From contig OZ024742.1 in NCBI GenBank assembly GCA_964016885.1, positions 75,888,001 to 75,952,000 on the forward strand: a stretch of 64,000 nt of DNA, written 5' to 3'. The DNA comes from Eledone cirrhosa. Lineage: Eukaryota. The position numbers were made by a program, and so were the translations under genes. The notes under the pieces are model-generated. The model saw only the letters and a program-made list of their open reading frames with translations. It was not told the origin of the DNA and did no database searches. Shown piece by piece: positions 52,922 through 64,000 of this stretch (positions are counted from its first letter, which is position 1; each line of letters starts with the position of its first letter).

Positions 52922-54924
52922 TTACCGTACTTTTCGTAGAGGAGGGATGGTTTTTACATCCCTTTTCACTTGATCATCTGGTGAAGGGACCGTTGAATCG
53001 TCCCTTCGTCTGGTCGTCGGCTTTTCTATGAGTATGTCCGAATATACTCTTCGGTTGATAGTTCCTCCTAGGTCCCTGAAATCACCAACTGCGTTGGGGA
53101 ATTTCGTTTTAGTGTTTGTGTGTTGTTTCTGTGCTATTTTTAGCAGTCTTATGTTAGTTGGCGTTTTGATTGGTGCTGGTATTATGTAGTCGTGTTGTGA
53201 AATGTCTGTGTGTTCAATTATGTAAGCCATTAGTTTCTTGTTGTGTGTATTTATTGCCGTGCATTTGTTTTTCTGGGGGTGGGGTGTGGTTCTGCTATTT
53301 TCTTGTCTTTGTTTCTGGGTGTGTGTGTTTTGTTGTTGTGTTTGCGATGTTGGTGCTTGTGGTGGTGGTGTTGAAGGTGTTGTTGGCGGTGGGGTTGTCG
53401 CCGGTGGTGATGGTGGTGCTAGTGTGGGTGGTGACGGTGTTGGTGGTGTTGCTGCTGTGAGTCTCTTTGCAGTAGACTTTACCCTTTTTTCATTTCTTTC
53501 CTCCCTTTTCAAAGGCGACGATGCGCTGCCTCTGCGTTTGTGCCTTCTTACGACATTTTGCCATCCCTCTCCCACCTCACACTCCATGTCTGATTCTGTG
53601 AGGTCGGGGAGGGGTACCAGCTCCACTCTTTCACTTGTTGTTGTTGGTGATGTTTGCACTGGAGTCTCTGTTGCAGCTGCATTTGGTATAGCTGTTGTTG
53701 TTGTTGTTGTTAATACTTCCACTGCTGCTGCTGTTTTTGATTTCCGTGGCGTGGGTATGGGTGCCACGGACCTATCGTTCCTGGTTGCCGCTTGTGCTGT
53801 TGCTGGTAGCCGTGGAGCCGGTTTCGGAAGGAGGGGGTTTTTCTCCTTTCTCAGGGTCTTCTCGTTGCAGAAGGCCCTGAGGTGAGTCTTCGATCCACAG
53901 CGAAAGCATTTAGAGCGTTTGCCCTCAACACGTATGGGCAGTTGAGTGCCGTTATCGAAGTCTATCACATCCGGGATAGCTTCGATTCACTCCTGGTTGG
54001 TTTGGATTAACATCTCAATGGAGGTGCCGACCCAATCTTCTCTTACTTTTTTCTGTACTTGCAGTACAGTTGTTTTGTCTTCGATTCCGACGAGGACAGA
54101 CGCGGCCAGCCAAGAGGGGCCATCCCGGGGAGGACGTGGGTCAGTTTGACCCTCACAAATTTTTGGGCGCAGTAGAAGGGCACCAACACCATTTCCTCGC
54201 TCCTTAGGGTCACTTCGGATTGAGCCTTTGCCTCCTGGGGTGTGGCAAAAAGTACGTCTACGGTGGCATATTTCTTGCCTAGGGTGATGTGTGTTTTCCG
54301 CTGCCACACAGACCCCAAGGCTTTTTGTATTTGAGCCGCTGTGGCTCTTTCGACCCTACGGGATTTTGTACTTACTGTAGGGTACGTGACCGTACAGTGC
54401 TGTTGGGTTTCGAAAAATGTTTCCGCTGCCTTGCAGATTGCTCGGTGTCATGTTTTTGTCACCATCTTCTTCGCTTCCTCTAATTCCTCATTTGTTATGA
54501 GGATTGTTTCCAGGTTCTTCGCGATACCTGCAAACGATATTGGTTTTTCTTTGCTGCTGTTGTTGTTGTTGTTGTCGTCAGAGCAACTGTTACTTTTGTT
54601 GTTGCTGCAGGTACTACGACTACTGCCGCCGCCGCTGTTGCTGTGTTTGTTGTTGTTGCTGCTGCTGCTAATGCTGTTGTTGTTTATGCTGCTGCTGATG
54701 CTGTTGCGGCTGCTACTGTTGTTTTCATTGTCACTGTTGCTGTTGTTATTACGGCTGCTACTGCTATTATTCCTGACGTCAGACGAATGAAATTTGGTTT
54801 TCGTATTTCCCGCACACCTGTTTCGTCGTTGTCGTCGTCGTGGTGGAGAAATCTTGCACGCTTTGCACGAGACTTTTCTTTTCTTTCGTCGCTTGGGAAA
54901 GAGAAGGGAGGGAGAGAGACACAT
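52922..54924 (-). pseudogene. ORF1, gag-like, with CCHC zinc knuckle; frameshifted, start uncertain
   Basis: CFRCGSKTHLRAFC; Pro/Thr and Asn/Ser low-complexity stretches; directly upstream of ORF2. Confidence 0.75.
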
Positions 54925-55252
54925 TTAAAGAAGGGAGGGAGACAGACAATCTTCTCTCTACTGTAGTGACGATTGAGGAAGAAGAAGACGGAATGAGTGG
55001 GAGTGACCTATGAAAATTCTTTTTCGTAGCCATGTTGTTTTTTTTTTGTTTAAAATAAATATTGGGCACAAAACCCCAATAAGCAGTTATTTAACCCCGA
55101 AGGGCCAAATAACGGGCAGAAAGACCCCTCTCACGAGGAGGAGGGTCTTTTTGACCTACAAGTTGGTTAAAGTTTTAAACAATTTGCAATTGTTATAGCG
55201 TTCAAAATTTACAATACCTTACAGAGCCGAGCCTCCGTCAACCATAGCATTC

Positions 55253-55287
<35 letters not shown>

Positions 55288-56166
55288 GCTAATGAGCTAA
55301 CAATCCAGATGTTGACAAAACTTTAACCCATCAGTGGTTGGCATCCTCTGGACTGAAATCGGAGACTGAAGGACTGATTATATCAGCACAAGATCAGTGT
55401 CTGTCATCAAAATATTACCAAGCCAACATAATAAAAAATGGATGCAGCCCATTATGCAGTGTATGCAAAAAACAACCAGAGACCATTGACCATATAATTT
55501 CAATGTGCAGTCCTACAGCTCCAACCGAATACCTAAACAGGCATGACAGAGCTGCACAATACATACATTGGATAATGTGTAAGCATTTTGACATGCCCCA
55601 TCAAAAGAATTGGTGGTAGCATCAACCACATCCCATACTTGAAAACGATCACATCTCTATCTTGTGGAACTTTAGCATCCAAACAGACCGAAAAATAGAT
55701 GCAAATAGACCTGATATAATACTGAAGGACTTTAAAAAGAGGGTATGCCTGCTAATTGATATGTCCGTTCCAATAGACAAGAATGTATTTATAAAAACAT
55801 TTGAAAAATTTAGCAAGTATAAGGACCTGGAGATAGAAATTGGAAAAATATCAAAATTGAGAACTAAAACAATACCAGTGGTTGTAGGCGTTCTAGGAAT
55901 GATACCTAAGGGGTCTAACAATTACTTATCTCAAATCCCAGGAAATCCGCGTATAGGAGAAATACAAAAGATAGTACTAATGGGAACTGCCCATATACTA
56001 AGGAAGATTCTGTAAATATATGTACATCACAAGTCCAAACACCTAATGATACATGTGTAAGTATGTATGTTCTTTCTTGAACATGGCGGAGCTTGTTGTC
56101 TCTTGAGGTCACTGGTTGTGACTTGGTGATAACTCGTATAAACATAAAGCAAGATAAATGTGGCTG
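55288..56166 (+). mobile_element. 5'-truncated DongA copy
   Basis: CSVCKKQPETIDHIISMC, RPDIILKD..LLIDMSVP, DongA 3' UTR, (TAA)9 at 56167-56193. Confidence 0.92.
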
Positions 56167-57070
56167 TAATAATAATAATAATAATAATAATAAAACAACT
56201 AAGATAGAATAATTCTTATTACAAATGAAACATAAGATTACAGTTTTCACTCTTAGCAAGCGACAACGCATCACATTATGGTATAGGGCCCCAAAATGTA
56301 ATATTTAATTTTGGATCAGAAATGTTATAGTAAAAAAAGAGGAAAATGGTTACGTGGACAGACAGGCAAATCATTTCACCACCAACACCACAACCGCCAC
56401 CATCACCAATACGATACCAAAAAAATCTAGCCAAGTTACTTCAACTTCTATTTCTACTTCAACTTCAACACCATCACTACAGTACTACGATCACATCAAC
56501 ACCACCCCCACTGCATCATTATCGCTACCGCTGCTATTCTCTCCGAATACCTCCTTCTAAGTACTACTAGCACATCACCACCACCAGCACTGCCTCATTA
56601 TCGCTACCGCCGCTATTCTCTCCCACTACCTCCTGCTAAGACAGAGGGATCGTAGTATTCCCAGTAAGTGAGGAAGGTATCAACAGATATATAAATAGAG
56701 TGATTTGATGACCCGGTCAAAAAATCAAAAAAATCAAAAATCAACATTAAAACAGCACAGCAGCAACGAAAAACGTAAAGAAAAGAAAAAAGAAAAGAAA
56801 AACAAACAGACGAACAAACAAACAAAAAAACTGAGTCTGACATTCAAACATTACATTACAATGAAACTTATGCTTTTTTTTTAGGTTTTTACCTATTTGT
56901 TTGTTTGTTTGTTTATGTTCGTCTACAGCGTGATAGTGTCACGCTAAAATTACCGGGGGTGATCAAATCACTGGGGGTGATGAAATCACCGGTGGTTATG
57001 TAACCATACATTCACCAATCCTCGATAAGAGTGTTTAAATGTCGAACCTAAACAGTTAGAATAACGGTGA

Positions 57071-60000
57071 ATGTCATGTGACAGATTCTCACCCAGCAGG
57101 TGCACCCTGGCACCGCACCAGGGACCTGGCTGTCATCCAAATACTGCTGGTGCTGGAGGAAGATGAAGAAGGAAAGGGACCTGAACCAACTGGTCGAAAG
57201 AATTGAATAGAACTGTTATGCAATGTTACCTGAAAAGTAAACCCAAGGAAAAAAGCTATAGGAAACGGATGCATAACATCTGGAACTAGATTGGTCTATT
57301 TAAATTAGATGAACAAAAATTGGCCGGGCAGGCTCCGGTAATAAGAAATAATAGGTGGATAAGCGAGCTGGAACTGGAGGAACTCAGCAGAGAGATTAGA
57401 TGGAAATGGAGAGTGGAATATGCCAGGCAAACGAGTCAGTGGGAGATGAAGGTGAAGAGGTTGAGAGAACGAAGGAAACACCCAAAGCAGACAATGATCT
57501 GAATGCTGAAATAAATAAAACCTGGAACAAAGATACGGCCATGGACGAAATGAATGCTGACGGGCTAGGACAAAATTTGGTGGATATCCTAAACTTAGTG
57601 GTAGATGAATTTAACAATGATAGTGGGAAACCTATGAACCTACGATTTGTTGACAGGAAAAAGTTAAAAGAAACAACAACTAAGGTAAACAAAATCATCC
57701 CATACATTGAGGCGAGGAACCTTCACCAGTGCAACAATATCCTCAAAGCAAGAGCAAATACGGTGAGGAAATTACTTGGCATAAAAGCGAGAGGAAACAA
57801 CAAACAAGAAAGACCAGAACCTTGGTGGAAGAAACGACTGAATGGTCAAATCAGGGTAATGAGAAATGACATTGGACAGCTTGAGTCCCTACTGAATGGG
57901 ACAGTAAAAAAAACATAGACATAAAAATACACTGGAAATAAAGTACAAAACTAGGAGGAAAAAGCTAAATATTATCCTAGAGGAACTGAAGCAACGAATT
58001 GTAGCAAAGAGCGCAAAGATTATGCGATACGAGAGCAGAGTCAGTCAGTATAGACAGAAGCGCATGTTTGACAACAACCAGAAGATGTTGTTTGGACAGC
58101 TTGAAGGGAAAGAAAGAGGCAACGACTTGATCCCTGAGGCAGAACAAACTAACACATTCTGGAGAGGAATATGGGAGCAGGATGTTGAATATAATGATCA
58201 GGCAGTGTGGATTGAGACAGTACAAAAGGAGATAATTGAACAGGCTCACCAACAAACTGATTTGAGTATCACAGTTGAAACCCTTAAGGGGCAGGCCAGA
58301 AAACTAATCAACTGGAAATCACCAGGCCCAGATGGTGTGCAGTGTTATTGGATTAATAATATAATATCCCTCCACCCGAAACTGACAACCATGTTCAATG
58401 ACTGCTTGATGTCAGGTGAGGTATCAGAGTGGTTGACAAAAGGTACCACAGTTCTGGTAATGAAAGACGGAACCAAGGGTAATGATGTTACCAACTATAG
58501 TCTATCACATGTCTGTCCGTAATATGGAAATTGTTAACAAGAATTATGTCACAGGAAATCTACCATCACCTCCCCATAAACAACTTGTTACCGGTAGAAC
58601 AGAAAGGATGCCGAAAGAAGTCCCGTGGTACAAAGGACCAGTTACTTATTGATATGATGGTAATGAGGAATTGCAATAGGAGACACACTGGTCTTGCCAT
58701 GGGATGGATAGACTACAAAAAGGCGTCCGACATGGTATCTCATTCTTGGATATTCAAAAGCCTAGATATCTTCCGGGTAGCAGATAACATTAGACAGTTG
58801 TTGAGCAAAAGTATGAAATCCTGGAGAACAGAGTTAACATCGGGCGGAGAATCCTTGGAAAGCGTGAGGATCAAGAGAGGTATCTTCCAGGGAGATAGTT
58901 TGTCCCCTCTGTTCTTTGTCCTTGCCCTGATCCCCCTGAACATTATACTGCGAAAAGTGAGAGCAGGATACAAGTTGGGAAAGGGAGAGCTTACCATCAA
59001 TCACCTCTTCTTCATGGACGATCTTAAGCTCTTCGGGAAGAGTGAGAAGGCTTTGGGTGTGCTTGTTGATACTGTCCGTATTTTCAGCAATGATATATTT
59101 GGTATTAGTAAGTGTGGAGTCCTTGTGATAAAGAGGGGTAAATTGAGCAGAAGCAACGGAATCCAGGTACCAACAGGTGAGATGATAAAGGAAATTGATA
59201 CTGAAGTGGGATACAAATATTTAGGTGTTCTAGAGGCTGATGACATCAAGAACAAAAAAAGAAGGAATTAATAAGATCGGAATACATTAGGAAAGTAAGG
59301 AGCGTATTAAACATATGAACAGTAGGAATGCCATAAGTGAAGTAAATTCCCGAGCTGTGTCTATTATTAGGTTCAGTGAGGGAATTCTGTGATCGATAGG
59401 AAGACTAGGAAGCTATTGACTATCTACAACACATTCCATAAAAGGGGTGATGTCGATAGACTCTACTTAAGGAGATCTGTAGTTGGAAGAGGTCTTATCA
59501 GCATAGAGGACTGTTTTCAGATGGGGAAAAACAACCTACTCAAATACGTGACTGACAGTAGGGAGCCAATGCTCAGAATTGTACTGAAGGAGAGAACAAT
59601 AGACCAGGAGATGTCCAAGGAAGAAATAACAATAAGGAGAAAGAGCAACCTTCATGAAAAATCCCTTCATAGTGCCTTCTTTGAGGAAACTGAATTTAGA
59701 GATCCACAGACATGGAACTTGTTGAAAAGAGGAGACCTTAAAAAGGCTACAGAAGGAATGCTAATGGCTGCGCAAGAGCAGGCCCTCAAAACGAAGTGGC
59801 TGTAACACCATATTTACAAGGAGAAGGCTAGCCCACTGTGTAGGATATGTGGAGAGAGAGAGAGAGGAGACTGTGGCTCACATTGTATCCGAGTGTAAAC
59901 ACCTAGCCCAGACTCACTATAAAGGCTGGAGACATCATGTGATGGGCAGAGTGACTTACTGGCACCTATGCAAAGTAAACAATTTACCACATTCTGAGAA

Positions 60001-60479
60001 GTGGTATGAGCATAAACCAGAGTCGGTGATGGAAAACGATCAGGTGAAGGTGCTGTAGGATTTTAGGATACAGACGGACAAGAAACTGGAACACAATAGA
60101 CCTGACCTGGTTTGTTTTGGACAATGGAAAAAGATCGTGCCTGATTATGGATGTAGCCTGCCCATTCGATATGAGAGTGCAAGAGAAGGAGAGGGAGAAA
60201 ATTAACCGATGCCAGGACCTAAAGTGGGAGGTAAAAAAAACTTGGAACTGCCATGAAGTCAAAGTGGTCCCGATTGGCACTAGGTACTATCTCAAAGAGT
60301 TTCCAAGGATGGTTAAAGAAAATTGGTCCTGCCCCGCTTTTTGGAACACTTCAAAAGGCATGCTTGCTGGGAACAGTAAGAACCCTCCGATACGTCCTGA
60401 ATATCTGAGGTTGCAGGTAGTGGCTTGATATTCATTTCAAAAAACTTTCCAGTTAGATAGCATCAATGAATGAGACTCA

Positions 60480-60480
<1 letters not shown>
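57071..60480 (+). mobile_element. Degenerate full-ORF-span DongB copy
   Basis: Fragments 57400-57918, 58022-58522, 58531-59271 (FMDD), 59389-59805, 60117 onward; 3' end then (ATA)n 60481-60545. Confidence 0.92.
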
Positions 60481-60545
<65 letters not shown>

Positions 60546-60546
<1 letters not shown>

Positions 60547-60880
60547 TTTTCTTTATTAACCACAAGGGTTCACAGAAAGTAGACATTAAGGACAGTACAG
60601 CACAATACAGGACGGTACAAATGGGCATTTCTGCGTGTAAAAAAAACAGAGGTTGAAATAAAATAACAAAGAAAAATTCCCCAATAGGGGGGAGACTTCC
60701 AAGGGACATTTGTGGAGAAAGCCCATTAAAAGACCACCGTGGCCCTGACCACCAGGGCAAGTGCCCTCTCCCAGTTTTCCACCTTTAATTTACAGACACA
60801 TACTCAGAGAAGGCCCATTCATTCGGGCCATACTTGCTTCTCTCACCCATCTTTCAACAAAATGATGGGAAGAGATTTTC
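60546..60880 (-). mobile_element. Short 3' fragment of Tx1-1
   Basis: Colinear with 49247-49582; followed by (CTA)n(AAT)n 60881-60973. Confidence 0.9.
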
Positions 60881-60975
<95 letters not shown>

Positions 60976-61905
60976 GATTTCATTTATTAGCCACAAGGGC
61001 CGACATGTAGGGGACAATACAAAGACAGGGACAGTGGGGGTTTACAATAAGGTCGAGTAAAAGTGCACAATGGCAAGTCTAATTTAACAATGAAAATATA
61101 AAAATATAAAATAAACTATGCATAAACATAAAAAAATAAATTCCCCGATAGGGGATGGACGACCCTGGGGTGATTCTGGTACCCCACCAATCCTGAACCA
61201 CCCTGCGCTTCTAGGGCACCCAGGGAGAGCACCCCTCTCCTCAAGTTTGCTACTAGCCTATAGGCGAGCCATTCTCGCCATATTCACCCACCTTTTAGCA
61301 AATGTACTGGGGGGCAGCACTTCTCTCTCCACCCTCACCTTCCTTTCCAGGTGAAACTTGAAGAAGTTGATGAGGGATTGGCCGAAGAGAAAATTGTCTG
61401 TCTTTAGTCCTTTCAACCTGGTCCACCATATAATCTCTTTCGCAACTGCCACCAGACAGAAGAACATTTCCTGCTTTTCCTGACCTAAGGAAGGCGTGGA
61501 TCGATAGCCGGATTCGTTATACACGCGACAGTAGCTGTTCGACATAACTCCACAAGTCAGTAATGCACGGACATTGGACAAGTGCGTGCAGAACGGTTTC
61601 GTCGTTCTGTGTGCATCTTGGACAGGTCCGTCTGACAGCACGTCCGTGCCTGTAGAGTGTATCCCGAACCGGCAGTTCCCCCCGGTAGCACTGCAAAGTG
61701 AGTGATTTCTGGAAATTGTCCATCGTCCCCGGCTCAAAAGTCCTCCGGTACAGACTGGTCAGTTCGCCTTCGTCGAGGCCCAAAGCTTCTCCGAGTGCGT
61801 CATCGCACTTGCCCACCACTAATCCTCTATAGAACTCGAGAGTGGAAGTTCCACTGATCGCATTGCCCGCTTGGTAGAGGGCAGTGAGTGCCTGGCAACA
61901 TTCCA
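60976..61905 (-). mobile_element. 5'-truncated Tx1-2 copy
   Basis: CPRCTQNDETVLHALVQC, KEIIWWTRLKGLK; distinct 3' UTR shared with 25990-26284. Confidence 0.9.
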
Positions 61906-61909
61906 ATAA

Positions 61910-63665
61910 CAAAATATCTTCCGTTGTCAGGAGGTTCCTGTCATTCAGTATGAAAACATGGAAAACACACTTATTTTGAACAGTGAAAAGAAATCACAGG
62001 AAGCTGGAGAAGTTAATTTTAATGTGGAATTTTTCAGGGTGACTCTTTATCCCCATTTTTATTCAGCATCGCGATTATACTGTTAAGTAAAGAGCTCAAT
62101 GAAACAAAACATGGATATAAAGTCTATGACAAAACCCTTAATCACTTGTTCTACATGTATGATCTGAAGCTATTTGCAAAAAATGATGAGCACTTGCAAG
62201 GGCTATTATCCACTGTGAAGTACTTCAGTGGTGATATTAAAATGGAGTTCGGACTAGATAAAAGCGCTAAAGCCACGTTCACCAGAGGAAAGCTGTTGAG
62301 AAGTTCAGACATTAATCTTGATCGGGGGAATGTGATAAAAGCACTTGATCAAGAAGAAACTTATAAATATCTAGGTGTTTGAGGAGACGGAATCAAACAC
62401 TCGACAATGAGGGAAAGGATAAGGAAAGAATGTTACCGCAGAGTGAGAACAAAATTAAGAACGGTTTGAATGCAAGGAATAGGGTCGATGCCATAAGCGC
62501 ATTTGCCATACCAGTAGTAACTTTCAGTTTCAATTTGATCAACTAGTAAAGCACAGAGATCCGTAGGCTCGATACAAAAATTAAAAAATTCTTAACCATA
62601 CACAGAATGCATCACCCTAAGGCAGATACAGATAGAATATATCTCCCTAGGAAAGAAGGAAGGCGTGGATTAATCCAGGTAGATATTTTTTTTAAAGCTG
62701 CAAATATTGGATAATCTACATATCTAAGGGAAGCACATGATTAGATGATGGAACTCGTTTTGAAACATGAAAGAAACAAAAAATCATACTCCATTTAAAA
62801 ACGATGCACATAGATATAGTAATGATGTACACATTTCAGAAGTTCCATTTTCTGCTGAAATGAAAAACACAGAAAAGGAAAAGCAGATAAAAGTAACTGC
62901 AAAGAAAGAACTGCTACATAAACTGGCTAAGAAATGGCAAGAAAAGCCTCTGTATGGAAAATACCCAGAAAGAGCTAGCAATCCTGATGCTGACAAAACT
63001 TTAACCAATCAGTGGTTGGCATCCTCTGAACTGAAATCGGAGACTGAAGGACTGATTATATCAGAACAAGATCAGTGTCTGCCAACAAAAAATGATAATG
63101 CCAACATCATAAAAAATCGATGCAACCCATTATGCTGTGTTTGTAAAAAACAACCAGAGATCACTGATCATATAAGTTCAATGTGCAGTCCTATAGCTCC
63201 AACCGACTACCTAAACAGACACGACAGAGTGCACAATACAAACGTTGGGTAATGTGTAAGCATTTAGACCCGCCCAATCAAAAGAATTGGTGAGAGCATC
63301 AACCACACCCCGTACTTGAAAAAGATCACATCTCGATCTTGGGGAACTTTAGCATCCATACAGACCAAAAAAATAGATGCAAATAGACTTGATATAATAC
63401 CTGAAAAATTTAGCAAGTTTAAAGACCTGGAGATAGAAATTGGAAAAATGTGGTACATGAGAACTAAAACAAAACCAGTGGTTGTAAGCGCTCTGGGAAT
63501 GTAGGAATGATACCCAAAGGGTCTAATGATTACTTAACCCAAATCCCAGGAAACCCGTGTATGGAAGAAATACAAAAGATAGTAATAATGGGAACTGCCC
63601 ATATACTAAGGAAGATTCTGTCAATATAAATACATCACAAGTCTAAACACTTAAAGATACATGTG
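61910..63665 (+). mobile_element. Degenerate 5'-truncated DongA copy, 3' UTR cut by TG/TA repeats
   Basis: Colinear with 1720-3555; ORFs 62146-62382, 62767-63252, 63316-63504. Confidence 0.9.
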
Positions 63666-63719
63666 TGTGTGTGTATATATGTATATATAGTGTGTGTATA
63701 TATATATATATAGAGTGTG

Positions 63720-63834
63720 TAACGTTTTTAGAAATATTTACTTCTGCGTTCACAGATTGATTTTTTTAGTTTCAAAAGAACCAGTTAAGCGTGAAAGCAG
63801 CAATTCTTCGCTTAAACTTTAATCTGTTATTTTA

Positions 63835-63912
<78 letters not shown>

Positions 63913-64000
63913 TTAGCTCTGGTACTGGTTCAGTCTAATCCAACCGGATTGGCCTGTCCCAGTTATTCATAGAGCAACATCGGTTAAGGTTGGCACCATT
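63720..64000 (+). repeat. Fragments of two TA-associated repeats separated by (TA)n
   Basis: 63720-63835 matches 31258-31372; 63916-64000 matches 33117-33200. Confidence 0.8.

Larger units (their letters stand above)
49247..55252 (-). mobile_element. Full-length (about 6.0 kb) Tx1-like LINE, family Tx1-1, flanked by (AAT)n on both sides
   Basis: Two-ORF layout; tracts at 49221-49246 and 55253-55287. Confidence 0.93.

Overview
Eukaryotic, repeat-saturated DNA in which I find no host gene. The SINE and microsatellite landscape looks like an octopus (cephalopod) genome; that assignment is from recall, not proven. The retroelements sort by microsatellite. (1) R4/Dong-clade non-LTR retrotransposons (RT + CCHC knuckle + restriction-like endonuclease), all on +: families I label DongA and DongB are stacked head-to-tail through (TAA)n tracts, and DongC is flanked by (CATA)/(TA) repeats. 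One DongB copy (6155-9535) is intact except for one stop codon. (2) Two Tx1-like (L1-group, APE+RT) families use the same tracts in the opposite polarity, ending in (ATT)n; one copy is full length (49247-55252). (3) About ten copies of a tRNA-like SINE have TSDs starting with ATTA, and one is fused directly to a Tx1 3' end. (4) Penelope-like remnants and non-coding units sit beside (TA)n and carry about a dozen type-I hammerhead ribozyme motifs. These include a 539-bp tandem array with a complete hammerhead in each full unit (retrozyme-like) and two hammerheads with a compensatory U3-A8 core. Family labels are mine; all alignments and folds were done by eye, so boundaries are approximate.
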